This document shows positions 9,316 through 18,604 of a stretch of 64,000 nucleotides of DNA, in pieces (position 1 is the stretch's first letter; each line of letters begins with the position of its first letter). The notes beneath the pieces were generated by a model. It was not told where the DNA came from. It worked only from the letters and a program-made list of their open reading frames with translations, and searched no databases. Made by a program: the position numbers and the translations under genes. Origin of the DNA: Patescibacteria group bacterium (GTDB lineage Bacteria; Patescibacteriota; Patescibacteriia; Magasanikbacterales; GWA2-37-8); NCBI GenBank assembly GCA_028705565.1, contig JAQWDH010000004.1:11728-75727 (forward strand), read 5' to 3'.

Positions 9316-10386
9316 TTAAAACTCCAAGTGCGCGTGGTCTCCAAGCACAAAACGGCGATAATTTTGATTTTGCGCGATTCTCACGTTGGCGCCGAGAATA
9401 CTGTCTTTGATTTTTATATCGCTTTCAATCCGACAATTATTCAAAATTATTGAATGTTCTATTTTTGCGAATTTTATAATTCCTCCGGCGCCAACAGTCA
9501 CGCATGGTCCTATTACGCAATCTTCCAAAACACAATTCTCTCCGATTATCGCCGGACCGATAATTTTGACATTTTTGCCGATAATCGCGCCCGCTCCAAC
9601 ATGCACCTTGCCGACTATATCCCCTGTCTGACCATTTGCTTTAAATTCTTCCTCGGTCATATTTTCCAAAATCAATTTATTCGCTTCCACCAAGTCGCTC
9701 GGCTGTCCTGTGTCTTTCCACCAACCGTCTATTTTTTCATAATCAACTTTAAAATCATTTTTTAAAAAATAAGAATGTATGCTGGAAATTTCATATTCGC
9801 CCCTCGCGCTTTTTTCAATATTTTCAAACGCCTTAAAAAACACTTTCGGGCCATAAAGATAAAGCCCGGTGACAGCAAAATCGTTCGGAGGCGTCTGCGG
9901 TTTTTCCACCACATCAATAAGTTTTCCATTGGCGTCAAAAAACGGAACGCCGAACCTTTGCGGGTCCTGCACTTTCGCGAAAGCCAAAAGACAATCTGTT
10001 TTATTGCTATAAAATTTTTCAAATAATGGCTTTAAACTTCCAAGCAAAACATTGTCGGACAAATAAAACATAAACGGTTCGTCGCCGATAAACTTTTCGG
10101 CGCATTTAACCACATGCGCCAAACCCTGCGGACCGCCTTCTTGTTCGTAAAATTTTATTTTTACGCCCCAATGTCCCCCGTCGCCGATATGTTTTTGCAA
10201 TTCGGTTTCGCCCGGATTGGTGTTGATAAAAATCTCTTCCACACCCGCCTCAACCGCTTTTTCTATGGCATGAAAAATCATCGGCTTATTCGCCAACGGT
10301 ATCAAATGCTTGTTGATTGTAGTCGTAATCGGCCGCAAACGCGTCGCCCTGCCCCCTCCGGTTAAAATCGCTTTTCTGATTATCAT
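9316..10386 (-). CDS. Sugar-1-phosphate nucleotidyltransferase, RmlA-like long form with C-terminal left-handed beta-helix
   Basis: GGGRATRLRPITTTINKHLIPL N-terminal NTP-transferase motif; hexapeptide repeats at the C-terminus. Confidence 0.75.
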   Translation of the reverse strand: MIIRKAILTGGGRATRLRPITTTINKHLIPLANKPMIFHAIEKAVEAGVEEIFINTNPGETELQKHIGDGGHWGVKIKFYEQEGGPQGLAHVVKCAEKFIGDEPFMFYLSDNVLLGSLKPLFEKFYSNKTDCLLAFAKVQDPQRFGVPFFDANGKLIDVVEKPQTPPNDFAVTGLYLYGPKVFFKAFENIEKSARGEYEISSIHSYFLKNDFKVDYEKIDGWWKDTGQPSDLVEANKLILENMTEEEFKANGQTGDIVGKVHVGAGAIIGKNVKIIGPAIIGENCVLEDCVIGPCVTVGAGGIIKFAKIEHSIILNNCRIESDIKIKDSILGANVRIAQNQNYRRFVLGDHAHLEF

Positions 10387-10399
10387 AAAATGACATTTT

Positions 10400-11500
10400 T
10401 TACCAAATTAATATTTTTTTGGCAATTTTCCAATAAAAATCCATCAACGGATTGCCAATGTAAACAAGCAAAGGGTGGTTGATTGATTTTTCCGAAAAAT
10501 CAACTTTGCCGACTGCCAGTCTCAACATTTCTTTGTCGCCGACTTTTCGCAAACTTTGGACCCTCGCCCGTTTTTTCAGCCATAATTTCCAATGCGCGAA
10601 ATTGAGCCAATAAGAATAGGCAGACAACTTTTCTTTCAGATATCCGCTTTTAGCCGCGAAGAAAATCAATCCGAATTCAAATAAAATCCCTATCGGCAAA
10701 AACAAAAGCAATGTCCGCAATTTAAAAAAAGTAATCATCAAACCGAAACGGTTTCTTTCAATAAAATAAAACTTCTCGCGATTGCGGCTGAAAGAATACT
10801 TGTGATAAAAAACAGAGTCGCGCGCCACAACAATTTTGTATCCAGCCGCTCGCAAACGAAAACCGTACTCAATGTCTTCGTGATAAAGATAATAGTCCTC
10901 GTCCCAGGATCCGAATTGTTTTAACAAATCCGCCCTTAATAAAAGCGCGGCTCCGCTCGCGTAAGCGGTTTCCGCGACCTGCGGCATGACGACCGTACCG
11001 CGCGGCTTGCGAAAATTATTGCAATAACCCATTCCCAAAAATTGAAAAGAATTTCCCGAGCTGTTTATCAAGTCGGTTTCTGGATAAAGCAAAATAAACG
11101 ATTGCGCGATTCCGATTTGTTTATCATTTTCCATCGCCTCCACGGCTTTTTCCAAACAATCGGATGCCATAAAACCGTCGTTGTTATGAAGATAAACATA
11201 ATCAAATCCATTATCCAAAGCCCATTTTATACCTGCGTTATTTCCTCCGGCAAAACCCAAATTTTTATTTTGCGATAACACTGTCACATGCGGCAATTCA
11301 TTGCCGGACAGCGGCAAAACATTATCTGACAAATATCTTACGGATGAACCGTATTGCGGATGAGGATTATCAACAATAACAAATTCCGTCTTATCCTTGG
11401 AATAAGTTGAACGGCGAAAAGAAGACACTACGTCGTCTATATACGGTTCGCAATGAAATGACAAATAAATAACCGCCACTTTTGGAATTTTAGTGTCCAT
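10400..11500 (-). CDS. Glycosyltransferase family 2 with C-terminal TM segments
   Basis: GT-A fold motifs (VIVDN, DxD-like HNNDG, YxxEDxE). Confidence 0.7.
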   Translation of the reverse strand: MDTKIPKVAVIYLSFHCEPYIDDVVSSFRRSTYSKDKTEFVIVDNPHPQYGSSVRYLSDNVLPLSGNELPHVTVLSQNKNLGFAGGNNAGIKWALDNGFDYVYLHNNDGFMASDCLEKAVEAMENDKQIGIAQSFILLYPETDLINSSGNSFQFLGMGYCNNFRKPRGTVVMPQVAETAYASGAALLLRADLLKQFGSWDEDYYLYHEDIEYGFRLRAAGYKIVVARDSVFYHKYSFSRNREKFYFIERNRFGLMITFFKLRTLLLFLPIGILFEFGLIFFAAKSGYLKEKLSAYSYWLNFAHWKLWLKKRARVQSLRKVGDKEMLRLAVGKVDFSEKSINHPLLVYIGNPLMDFYWKIAKKILIW

Positions 11501-12317
11501 AATATTTAAGATTGCCGCGCCATTTCCACATATATTTTAACCAGCTTATCAAATGCACGCGGGCTAATTTATTTTTAATCAACGCATTAAAAATACCAGG
11601 TACTTTGGCTGAATCGCGCCTGTGTCCGTGTTGAATCACGATATCATGCGCGTAATAAATCGGCCAGCCGGCTTCCCACATCCTGCGACACAAATCACTG
11701 TCTTCGGCATACATCCAAAACCTCTCGTCAAACAATCCGACTTTATCCAAAGCCGCTTTTCGCGCGAACATGGCAGAGCCCATCACCCAATCCACGGGCG
11801 CGGTTCCGTTATGATCAAAATCCTTCATTAAAAACTTATCGCAAACTTTTTTTCCAATTCCTTTTTTGCCGAATCTCGTGCGGCTGAAAAGCGGCTGCCA
11901 AAAAATCGGAAAACGAAAGCACGAATATTGCAAAGTTCCGTCAGTGTTAAGAATCTTCGGACCCAAAAGCCCCACCTTCGGATGTGATTCCATAAAATCA
12001 TACATTCTTTTGATAATATTCTTATCCTGCAAAAAAATCACATCCGGATTTAAAATAAAATAATACTTCGCGTCAACCGACTTGATGCCTATATTTTGCC
12101 CGCGTCCAAACCCGCCGTTATTGTTTAACGCTTCACAAACGACGGACGGATATTTCGCTTTTAAAAAATCTTTGACCCCGTCGCGAGAATCATTGTCCAC
12201 CACCACAACATTAACGCTTAATCCTGAATTTTCAAAATCCTTAAAAAGCGTATTAAAACACTTGTCTATGTCGTCTTTCATTTTATAACTTACCATTATG
12301 ATGCTTACATCAAACAT
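11490..12317 (-). CDS. Glycosyltransferase family 2
   Basis: VVVDNDSRDG and an EDSDL motif; 275 aa. Confidence 0.7.
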   Translation of the reverse strand: MFDVSIIMVSYKMKDDIDKCFNTLFKDFENSGLSVNVVVVDNDSRDGVKDFLKAKYPSVVCEALNNNGGFGRGQNIGIKSVDAKYYFILNPDVIFLQDKNIIKRMYDFMESHPKVGLLGPKILNTDGTLQYSCFRFPIFWQPLFSRTRFGKKGIGKKVCDKFLMKDFDHNGTAPVDWVMGSAMFARKAALDKVGLFDERFWMYAEDSDLCRRMWEAGWPIYYAHDIVIQHGHRRDSAKVPGIFNALIKNKLARVHLISWLKYMWKWRGNLKYYGH

Positions 12318-12329
12318 ATTATAAACAAA

Positions 12330-13370
12330 TTATGCCCACCATTTTCTTATTTTTATCCATCCTATTTTTCGCGTATTTTTTATTTTTATTCGTTTTTCTC
12401 GCAAATCTTTTTTATTTTGCAAGATTTCTTTCAACCCAAAAAATGTCTTGCGGTCAAACAATAAAAAATAAATCGCCTTCTTTAATTCATACCAAAAAAT
12501 CCACGGAAAATCAAGAACGAAATTTTGCCAATATTCGTTTTTATACAAAGTCATCAAGTGATTTTTATAGCTGTGATATTTCACCAATTCCGATTGTTTC
12601 TTTTTATTGGCAATAGCCGAAGCGTCATTTTGTTCTTTCGGACCTGCGGCTGAACGGTCGTGATAAGCGACTATATTCGGTAAAACATACGATTTAAAAC
12701 CGGCAACCGCCAATCGGTAAGCCAAATCCACATCTTCCTTGTATGAATGGTATGATTCGTCCAAAAACTGTCCATTATCAAACAAAACATTTTTTATTAT
12801 GCTTCGGCGATACATCGGAAAAGCGCCGGAAACACCAAAAACCTCAATAGGTTCTTCCTCTGAAACATTATTCCAATCTTGTCCTGTAAATTGTTCAATT
12901 ACTCTTCTGTTCCTGAAAACTTTTAATCCCAAAGCGTCTATTTGATTGGAAAAACTTTTTTCCAATCCGTTATTTTGAATTTCCGCGAAATTCCATTTCA
13001 TCAAGCGCGGCGATACTGACGCGGTCTCCGGATGTTCGTCCAAAAATTTTACCGTTTTTTCCAAACAATCCGCCGCCAGATACATATCTTGGTTCAAAAG
13101 CAAAAAATATTCCGAATCTGTTTCACGAAAAGCGCGATTGTGTCCGGCGGCGAAACCTGAATTTTCTTTATTTTCTTCCAAACGATACTCAAACGGTCGT
13201 TCCGCGCTTCCGACCAATTCTTTTTTTATCAATTCCGCGGTGCCATCTTGCGAATTATTGTCAATTATCAATAAAAACCAGTCACGCAAAGATTGTTTTC
13301 TTAAGGAATCAAATAAATATGGAATATATTTAGCGCCGTTCCACGCGACAAGATGAACAGTTAATTTCAT
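12330..13370 (-). CDS. Glycosyltransferase family 2 (start trimmed to MKLTVHLVAWN to avoid overlap with the next gene)
   Basis: LIIDNNSQDGT and a YKEDVDL motif. Confidence 0.65.
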   Translation of the reverse strand: MKLTVHLVAWNGAKYIPYLFDSLRKQSLRDWFLLIIDNNSQDGTAELIKKELVGSAERPFEYRLEENKENSGFAAGHNRAFRETDSEYFLLLNQDMYLAADCLEKTVKFLDEHPETASVSPRLMKWNFAEIQNNGLEKSFSNQIDALGLKVFRNRRVIEQFTGQDWNNVSEEEPIEVFGVSGAFPMYRRSIIKNVLFDNGQFLDESYHSYKEDVDLAYRLAVAGFKSYVLPNIVAYHDRSAAGPKEQNDASAIANKKKQSELVKYHSYKNHLMTLYKNEYWQNFVLDFPWIFWYELKKAIYFLLFDRKTFFGLKEILQNKKDLREKRIKIKNTRKIGWIKIRKWWA

Positions 13371-13374
13371 AAAA

Positions 13375-14256
13375 TTATTTTTTGTTAAACGCTTCGCTCG
13401 CTCGCGCCATTGCGATACCAATCGGTTTTAAAACTGAAATCACTAAACATTTCCACGCCGGTTCCCATTTTTGAAAATATTGCAACATACTTTTTGTGAA
13501 CTGTTTTTGCTTCCACAAAGTTGTTCTCTGTTTGAAACTCTGCCCCACATAATCAACACAGCTTATAATCGGCGTGTGCATAACTTTAAAACCCAAACGT
13601 TTTGTTTCACGGCACAAATCAACATCCTCAAACCAAATAAAATATCTCGGGTCAAACGCCCAGCCGAGCCGATCGTAAATTTCACGGCGCATAATCATAA
13701 ACGAACCGCGAATTGAATCAACCTCCTGTTCTTTGTTAAAATCAAAACCTTTGTATAAATACCTGTTCAAAACAAACGGAAAAATATGATGTAATTTTAA
13801 AATAATCGCCGCTTGGTCCAAAATTCCCGGCAATCTTCGCGGAGCCGCGTCTTCATTTATTTTTCCGTTTTCATCAACCAATTTACACCCGGCCAATCCG
13901 ACATCCGGATGGCTTCTCATCCACTCAACCATTTTATCCAAACTCAATTTTTCAACTCTCATATCCGGATTTAAAAATAAAAAAAATTCGCCGCTTGCCA
14001 ATTTCGCGGCTTGATTGTTGGCTCCGCCAAAACCGAAATTTTTTTCGTTTTTTATCAATTTAACTCCGTTGCTTTCAGGAGAAAAAAAATCTTTTTGTAT
14101 GCCCTCAACAACCTTCACGGTATCGTCAGTGGAAGCGTTATCCGCGATAATCTGTTCGCAGGATATTTTTTCGCGTCCAGAACGAACCGATAGCATTTGC
14201 TCTCCTATCAATTTAGCCGAATTCCACGTAACCGTAATAACCGATAAATCAAACAT
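13375..14256 (-). CDS. Glycosyltransferase family 2
   Basis: IIADNASTDDT, NPDMR, FEDVDLC motifs. Confidence 0.7.
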   Translation of the reverse strand: MFDLSVITVTWNSAKLIGEQMLSVRSGREKISCEQIIADNASTDDTVKVVEGIQKDFFSPESNGVKLIKNEKNFGFGGANNQAAKLASGEFFLFLNPDMRVEKLSLDKMVEWMRSHPDVGLAGCKLVDENGKINEDAAPRRLPGILDQAAIILKLHHIFPFVLNRYLYKGFDFNKEQEVDSIRGSFMIMRREIYDRLGWAFDPRYFIWFEDVDLCRETKRLGFKVMHTPIISCVDYVGQSFKQRTTLWKQKQFTKSMLQYFQKWEPAWKCLVISVLKPIGIAMARASEAFNKK

Positions 14257-14375
14257 AACTTGATTTTATAATGTTAAACAATGTATTTATCTTATCACAA
14301 AAAAAAGTTTTGTAAACCATCGTATTTACAAATTTTAATTTAAAAAACACCCCTTTGGGTGTTTTGTTTTTATTG

Positions 14376-14999
14376 TTATTGTGTCATTAGGTAAAGTAAA
14401 AACACTTGCGATAGGTGCTCATTACAACACCCATCAAGAAATGCTTCTTTAAGTTCTTCAACGGAGAACAACCTCTCGTTCTCCAATTTCGCCACCTTTT
14501 CCACATTTACAACAGCATACTTGTTATTTTTTCCATAATATCTTCCTCCATCCTGCGGAAAAAGATGCCACCTTATTTTTTTCAATCCGTCTAATAGGTC
14601 AACTCTTGGTGTTTTTTTACCGCCATGGACCTGAGAAAGATTTGATTCCGAACATTGAATTGACGGGGCAAGAAAAATACGACCTCCTGCCATCATATTT
14701 CCCGGTTCGGCTTTTGCAGAAATCAGGAATAAATTCCTGACCTTTATTAAAACAACTATCCCAACACCCCATTCTTGTAAAATAGGTTGCGACCACTTTT
14801 TCATTTCTCGTTCCTCCTCGCCGGCAGAAATTTCTACCCCTATTATCTTAAAAAATTTTTCGTCCGAACGACCATAATATTCGCCGTCCTTCTGCATACC
14901 CCAACCTTTAACCTCTTTCAACGATATCTGCTTAACAGACATCGTTGAAAGCATTTTTAATTTTCTTAGCCAATCTCTCCAATTTTCTTTTTTTTTCAT
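14376..14999 (-). CDS. NDP-hexose 2,3-dehydratase family protein, single-domain (half-size) form
   Basis: WSQPILQEWGVGIVVL...ISAKAEPGN...LAPSIQCSESNLSQVHGG matches the Hexose_dehydrat domain signature (QPiieQpE..GilG...QAKvEPGN...LSPTVQATrSNy..HgG). Only one of the two domains of EvaA-type enzymes is present. Confidence 0.55.
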   Translation of the reverse strand: MKKKENWRDWLRKLKMLSTMSVKQISLKEVKGWGMQKDGEYYGRSDEKFFKIIGVEISAGEEEREMKKWSQPILQEWGVGIVVLIKVRNLFLISAKAEPGNMMAGGRIFLAPSIQCSESNLSQVHGGKKTPRVDLLDGLKKIRWHLFPQDGGRYYGKNNKYAVVNVEKVAKLENERLFSVEELKEAFLDGCCNEHLSQVFLLYLMTQ

Positions 15000-15123
15000 T
15001 TTTTTCTCCTTCCGCCAAAGGCGGATAAGTATAAATTTTGTTTATTTTATAAAGAACTTTACCAATCCTTGCCTCTGATACTAACAAATTATCGCGTAAT
15101 TGTCAATAGCCAGTTCCCCGCTT

Positions 15124-15750
15124 TTACAGCGTTATGGGTTTTATTTTTTCCTTTAAAATCCGCTTATAAAATTTAAAAACAGGCTCAAATAATTTCTTTT
15201 CTTTGACTATTTTTCTCGCGGTTTCCGTGCGTAAATTATAAAGATTTTCAAATCTGAGCCGCATATCCAGTAAAATCTTTTCTTTGTCTCCGCTGAAAAA
15301 TAACGCGCTTCTTTTATTTCCGATATTTCCGAAAGCATCCAGTTTGTCCGCGTCGCGCAAAATATAGGCAGTTTGATATTTGTCGGCCGCGTTGTTCCAA
15401 TGATATTTTACCGAGTAAAGCAAAATTATTTTTTCTCGCCTTGATAATTTTTTAAAAATCTCATCGCTCTTAAACCATTCTCGGCATATTTCATAAGATA
15501 ATTCATGGTGCAAACGAGACGCTTCTCTTTTTTTCTCCCGCGTTCTGCCGACATCATGCAGCCACGCCGCCAACTCGCAAAGAAAAATATTCGCTTTTTC
15601 CGCTTTGGCTATTTTTACGGAAAAATCTCTCACTCTTTTTATATGTTCAAAACCGTGCGCCGGAACATAATAATTCAAAAAAAGACGCTTAACTTTTTGC
15701 CGCGCATAAGACGTAATTTCTTTTTGTAGTTTAAGATTCATAAAAATCAC
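15124..15750 (-). CDS. HD-domain phosphohydrolase
   Basis: H...HD motif (GFEHIKRV ... AAWLHDVGR). Confidence 0.55.
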   Translation of the reverse strand: MIFMNLKLQKEITSYARQKVKRLFLNYYVPAHGFEHIKRVRDFSVKIAKAEKANIFLCELAAWLHDVGRTREKKREASRLHHELSYEICREWFKSDEIFKKLSRREKIILLYSVKYHWNNAADKYQTAYILRDADKLDAFGNIGNKRSALFFSGDKEKILLDMRLRFENLYNLRTETARKIVKEKKLFEPVFKFYKRILKEKIKPITL

Positions 15751-16679
15751 GACAAGGATTTCAGTCCTAATTTTTCCTCTGTTTCTTTTTTTGTTTTTTC
15801 CAAAACCGTTTTAGCCGCATCGCCTTCCAAATTTTTTTTCAAATCGCGCATAACCTCGCGCATTCTTTCGTGAATTTCCTTTAAAATTATCCCTTCTTTT
15901 TTCAATTTCGTCGTGTCCAAAACCGCGTCCACCCTTTCCGCCAAAGTCATTCTGTTTAATTCTTCTTTGCTGATTTTTTTAAATTCCATTTCCGGTTTGA
16001 TTATTTCTTTAAGCGCCAAAGCGATTTCATACGGCGTGGTCACGCCGGGATTGGCGACATTAAAAACCCCTGTCGCGTCCTTTTTAATAAGTTCATCAAC
16101 AGCGAACATTAAATCTTCAATTACCGTGCAGGAATTCGGCATATCTATAAACTTGTCATAAGTGAGCATTTTTGTAAGAGCGTTGCGCGGAGACACTTTC
16201 GCGGATAAAAGCTGGCGCGGACGCAAAATCAAAGTTTTAAGCCCTTGTTTGCTGGCGCGATGCAAAATCATTTCTTCCGCCCAAACCTTTGTCCATGAAT
16301 AATAACAAAGCGGACTCGGTTTCACTTCCTCGGTTTGCGCGTCTTCGGCCGATTTGCTTTCCAAAACGCATCCGCTGGAAATATGAACCAAATAAATATC
16401 TTTTTCCGCGCAAATTTTAGCGACATTATCCGCGCCGAGAGTATTTATCGCGAAGCATTCCAATTTATTTTGTTCGCACCAATCAATGTTGGTTTTGGCG
16501 GCGGTATGTATCAGCAAATCAGGATTTATTTCCTCTACTTTTTCTCGCAACATATTTTCATCGCGAACATCCAATTCCGAACCAAACACAAAAACTTCCG
16601 CGCCTTTTTTAATGAAATATTCTTGAAAAAAAGACCCTAGTTGTCCCTTGCCTGTGATAAAAATTTTTTTTGATGTCAT
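15747..16679 (-). CDS. dTDP-4-dehydrorhamnose reductase family (RmlD-like 4-ketoreductase) with a charged C-terminal extension
   Basis: N-terminal Rossmann ITGKGQLG, catalytic YxxxK (YYSWTK); 4-nt overlap with rmlB. Confidence 0.65.
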   Translation of the reverse strand: MTSKKIFITGKGQLGSFFQEYFIKKGAEVFVFGSELDVRDENMLREKVEEINPDLLIHTAAKTNIDWCEQNKLECFAINTLGADNVAKICAEKDIYLVHISSGCVLESKSAEDAQTEEVKPSPLCYYSWTKVWAEEMILHRASKQGLKTLILRPRQLLSAKVSPRNALTKMLTYDKFIDMPNSCTVIEDLMFAVDELIKKDATGVFNVANPGVTTPYEIALALKEIIKPEMEFKKISKEELNRMTLAERVDAVLDTTKLKKEGIILKEIHERMREVMRDLKKNLEGDAAKTVLEKTKKETEEKLGLKSLS

Positions 16680-17692
16680 ATTCTTTCTTTATATTGTTTT
16701 TTATAATATTCATTATAATCTCCGTCTTTTAATTTTTTCCACCACCATTCGTTGTCTTTATACCAAGCAACGGTTTCACGAAGTCCGTCTGTAAAAATTT
16801 TTTCCGGTTTCCAGCCCAATTCGCGGATTATTTTTGAATGGTCAATCGCGTAACGCCTGTCATGCCCGCGCCTGTCAGCCACCGGCTCAATCATATCTTC
16901 CTCGCGTCCGCATAATGCCAAAATTTCTTTTGTGAGTTCAATATTTTGTTTTTCCGTTCCGCTACCGATATTATAAACCGAACCGGGCGCGGCTTTATGT
17001 AAAATCGCGTCTATTGCTCTGCAGTGGTCGCTCGCGTGAATCCATTCCCTTACATTTAAGCCGTCCCCGTAAAGCGGAACTTTTTTTCCTTCCAAAAGAT
17101 TGGTGATAAAAAGCGGAATGACTTTTTCCGGATATTGATGCGTTCCGTAAACATTACAACTGTGCGTCGCGACAACCGGCGTTTGATAAGTATTAAAAAA
17201 AGCTCTGCAAAGCAGGTCTCCTCCTGCTTTGGAAGCGGCATACGGGCTGTTAGGCGCGAATGGCGATTCTTCGGTAAAATATCCGGATTCAACGGCGCCG
17301 TAAACCTCGTCAGTGGATATTTGAACCATTTTTTTCAAATTAAATTTTCGCGTAGCTTCAAGAAGAACTTGAACGCCCAAAATATCCGTTCGCAAAAAAT
17401 CATCCGCGTACATTATGGACCTGTCAACATGCGTTTCAGCCGCGTAATTCACAATTGCGTCAATTGAATTTTCCTCTATCGTATTTTCAACTGCCTTGGC
17501 GTCGCAAATATCTCCTTGAATGAATTTATAATTAGGATTGTTTTCCACTTCGCGCAAATTGTCCAAATTTCCGGCATAAGTGAGTTTGTCAAAATTCACA
17601 ACAAAATAATCCGGATAAACGGATAAAATATATTTTATAAAATGCGAACCTATAAACCCGGCTCCGCCGGTTATTAAAAGATTTTTTATCAT
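16676..17692 (-). CDS. rfbB: dTDP-glucose 4,6-dehydratase
   Basis: GGAGFIGSH, YAASKAGGD catalytic motif; 338 aa. Confidence 0.9.
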   Translation of the reverse strand: MIKNLLITGGAGFIGSHFIKYILSVYPDYFVVNFDKLTYAGNLDNLREVENNPNYKFIQGDICDAKAVENTIEENSIDAIVNYAAETHVDRSIMYADDFLRTDILGVQVLLEATRKFNLKKMVQISTDEVYGAVESGYFTEESPFAPNSPYAASKAGGDLLCRAFFNTYQTPVVATHSCNVYGTHQYPEKVIPLFITNLLEGKKVPLYGDGLNVREWIHASDHCRAIDAILHKAAPGSVYNIGSGTEKQNIELTKEILALCGREEDMIEPVADRRGHDRRYAIDHSKIIRELGWKPEKIFTDGLRETVAWYKDNEWWWKKLKDGDYNEYYKKQYKERI

Positions 17693-17698
17693 AAAAAA

Positions 17699-17718
17699 AG
17701 GCGCTTGTTATAGCGCCT
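17699..17718 (-). terminator. Rho-independent terminator (aggcgc-N7-gcgcct followed by T7 on the minus strand) abutting the rfbB start codon
   Basis: Minus-strand RNA reads GGCGCUAUAACAAGCGCC UUUUUUU AUG. Confidence 0.5.
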
Positions 17719-17749
17719 ATATTATCATCAAAACAAATTTATTTCAAAT

Positions 17750-17944
17750 TTATTTTAAACTCTTCTTCACCGGCTTCTTCGCCGGTTTCTTTAAATCTTT
17801 AAGAACCATATCTACCATAAATACCCCCAGGGCCGTCCCGAGGCCCAAAAACATCCAAAAAACACCTAAGAGAACAATTCCTTCCCAGGAATCGTTACAA
17901 CATACCCTAAAATAAAAAAGAACGAGAACAATTATTTGAACCAT
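17750..17944 (-). CDS. Small membrane protein (64 aa)
   Basis: Hydrophobic ORF preceded by a hairpin + GAGGAGG leader. Confidence 0.35.
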   Translation of the reverse strand: MVQIIVLVLFYFRVCCNDSWEGIVLLGVFWMFLGLGTALGVFMVDMVLKDLKKPAKKPVKKSLK

Positions 17945-17945
17945 T

Positions 17946-18461
17946 TTAATCCTCCTCGTCCGCTTTTTTGGCGGACTTTATATAATCCTCAATAACTTTC
18001 AGATCTTTATCTATCAACAATGGCTCATCGCGATAAAGATGCCGCTCGTTGTGTTCCATTAAATTGTTTTTGATGTTTTTAATAGCTTTCATTTCTTTTT
18101 TTAGTGGAAATTTTAATATCTGCCCACCCCTTTTATCTTCCAACTCTAGTACAAACTCTAGTACAAAATACGGCATAGAAATTTTCTTTTTTAGCTCTCT
18201 CTCTTTGCGTTTCAGTTCTGAAGCAAAACAATGATGTATAAGTAATAAAAAAGGAGTTAAAAGTAAAAGAAAAACAGCTTCCCCTTTCCAGGCTATTGTA
18301 AGCCAGGTTGTAATAAAAAATAACGCAAAACTAAAAAAAACAAATGCAATGTTTGCTCTTTTAAAACTAATTTTTAGTTGTTTATATTCCATTTCTATTT
18401 TTTTCTTTTCTTCGCTCTGCGGCGATTTTTTTCCAACCTGTAATAATCTTTCTTTTGACAT
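17946..18461 (-). CDS. Hypothetical membrane protein (171 aa)
   Basis: Two predicted TM segments with charged flanks; hairpin + GAGGAGG leader upstream. Confidence 0.4.
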   Translation of the reverse strand: MSKERLLQVGKKSPQSEEKKKIEMEYKQLKISFKRANIAFVFFSFALFFITTWLTIAWKGEAVFLLLLTPFLLLIHHCFASELKRKERELKKKISMPYFVLEFVLELEDKRGGQILKFPLKKEMKAIKNIKNNLMEHNERHLYRDEPLLIDKDLKVIEDYIKSAKKADEED

Positions 18462-18604
18462 TTTTTATTCCTCCTCGTCCGCCTCTGGCGGACTTTTTAT
18501 ATTGTCAATGAACTTACCGTTTTGATTATTTAAACACAAAAAATCGCTTTTGTCAAACGATTGTAATACATAATTCGTTACTCATAATTCAGCTCGTCCA
18601 CAAT

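Noticed and set aside
12330-13421. 363-aa GT2 ORF overlapping the next GT2 by 47 nt, and similarly the 239-aa GT2 at 45980-46699 overlapping the epimerase by 50 nt
   Set aside because: The long overlaps disappear if internal Met starts are used (MKLTVHLVAWN at 13370; MIWAIVPAFNEE at 46645). Those starts sit right at the conserved GT-A N-terminus and leave 4-nt gaps, so the upstream extensions are probably not translated.
17811-17850. GC-rich inverted repeat gggccgtcccgaggccc
   Set aside because: It lies inside the 64-codon membrane ORF and encodes its LGLGTALGV segment. No copies were seen elsewhere, so it was not called as a separate element.
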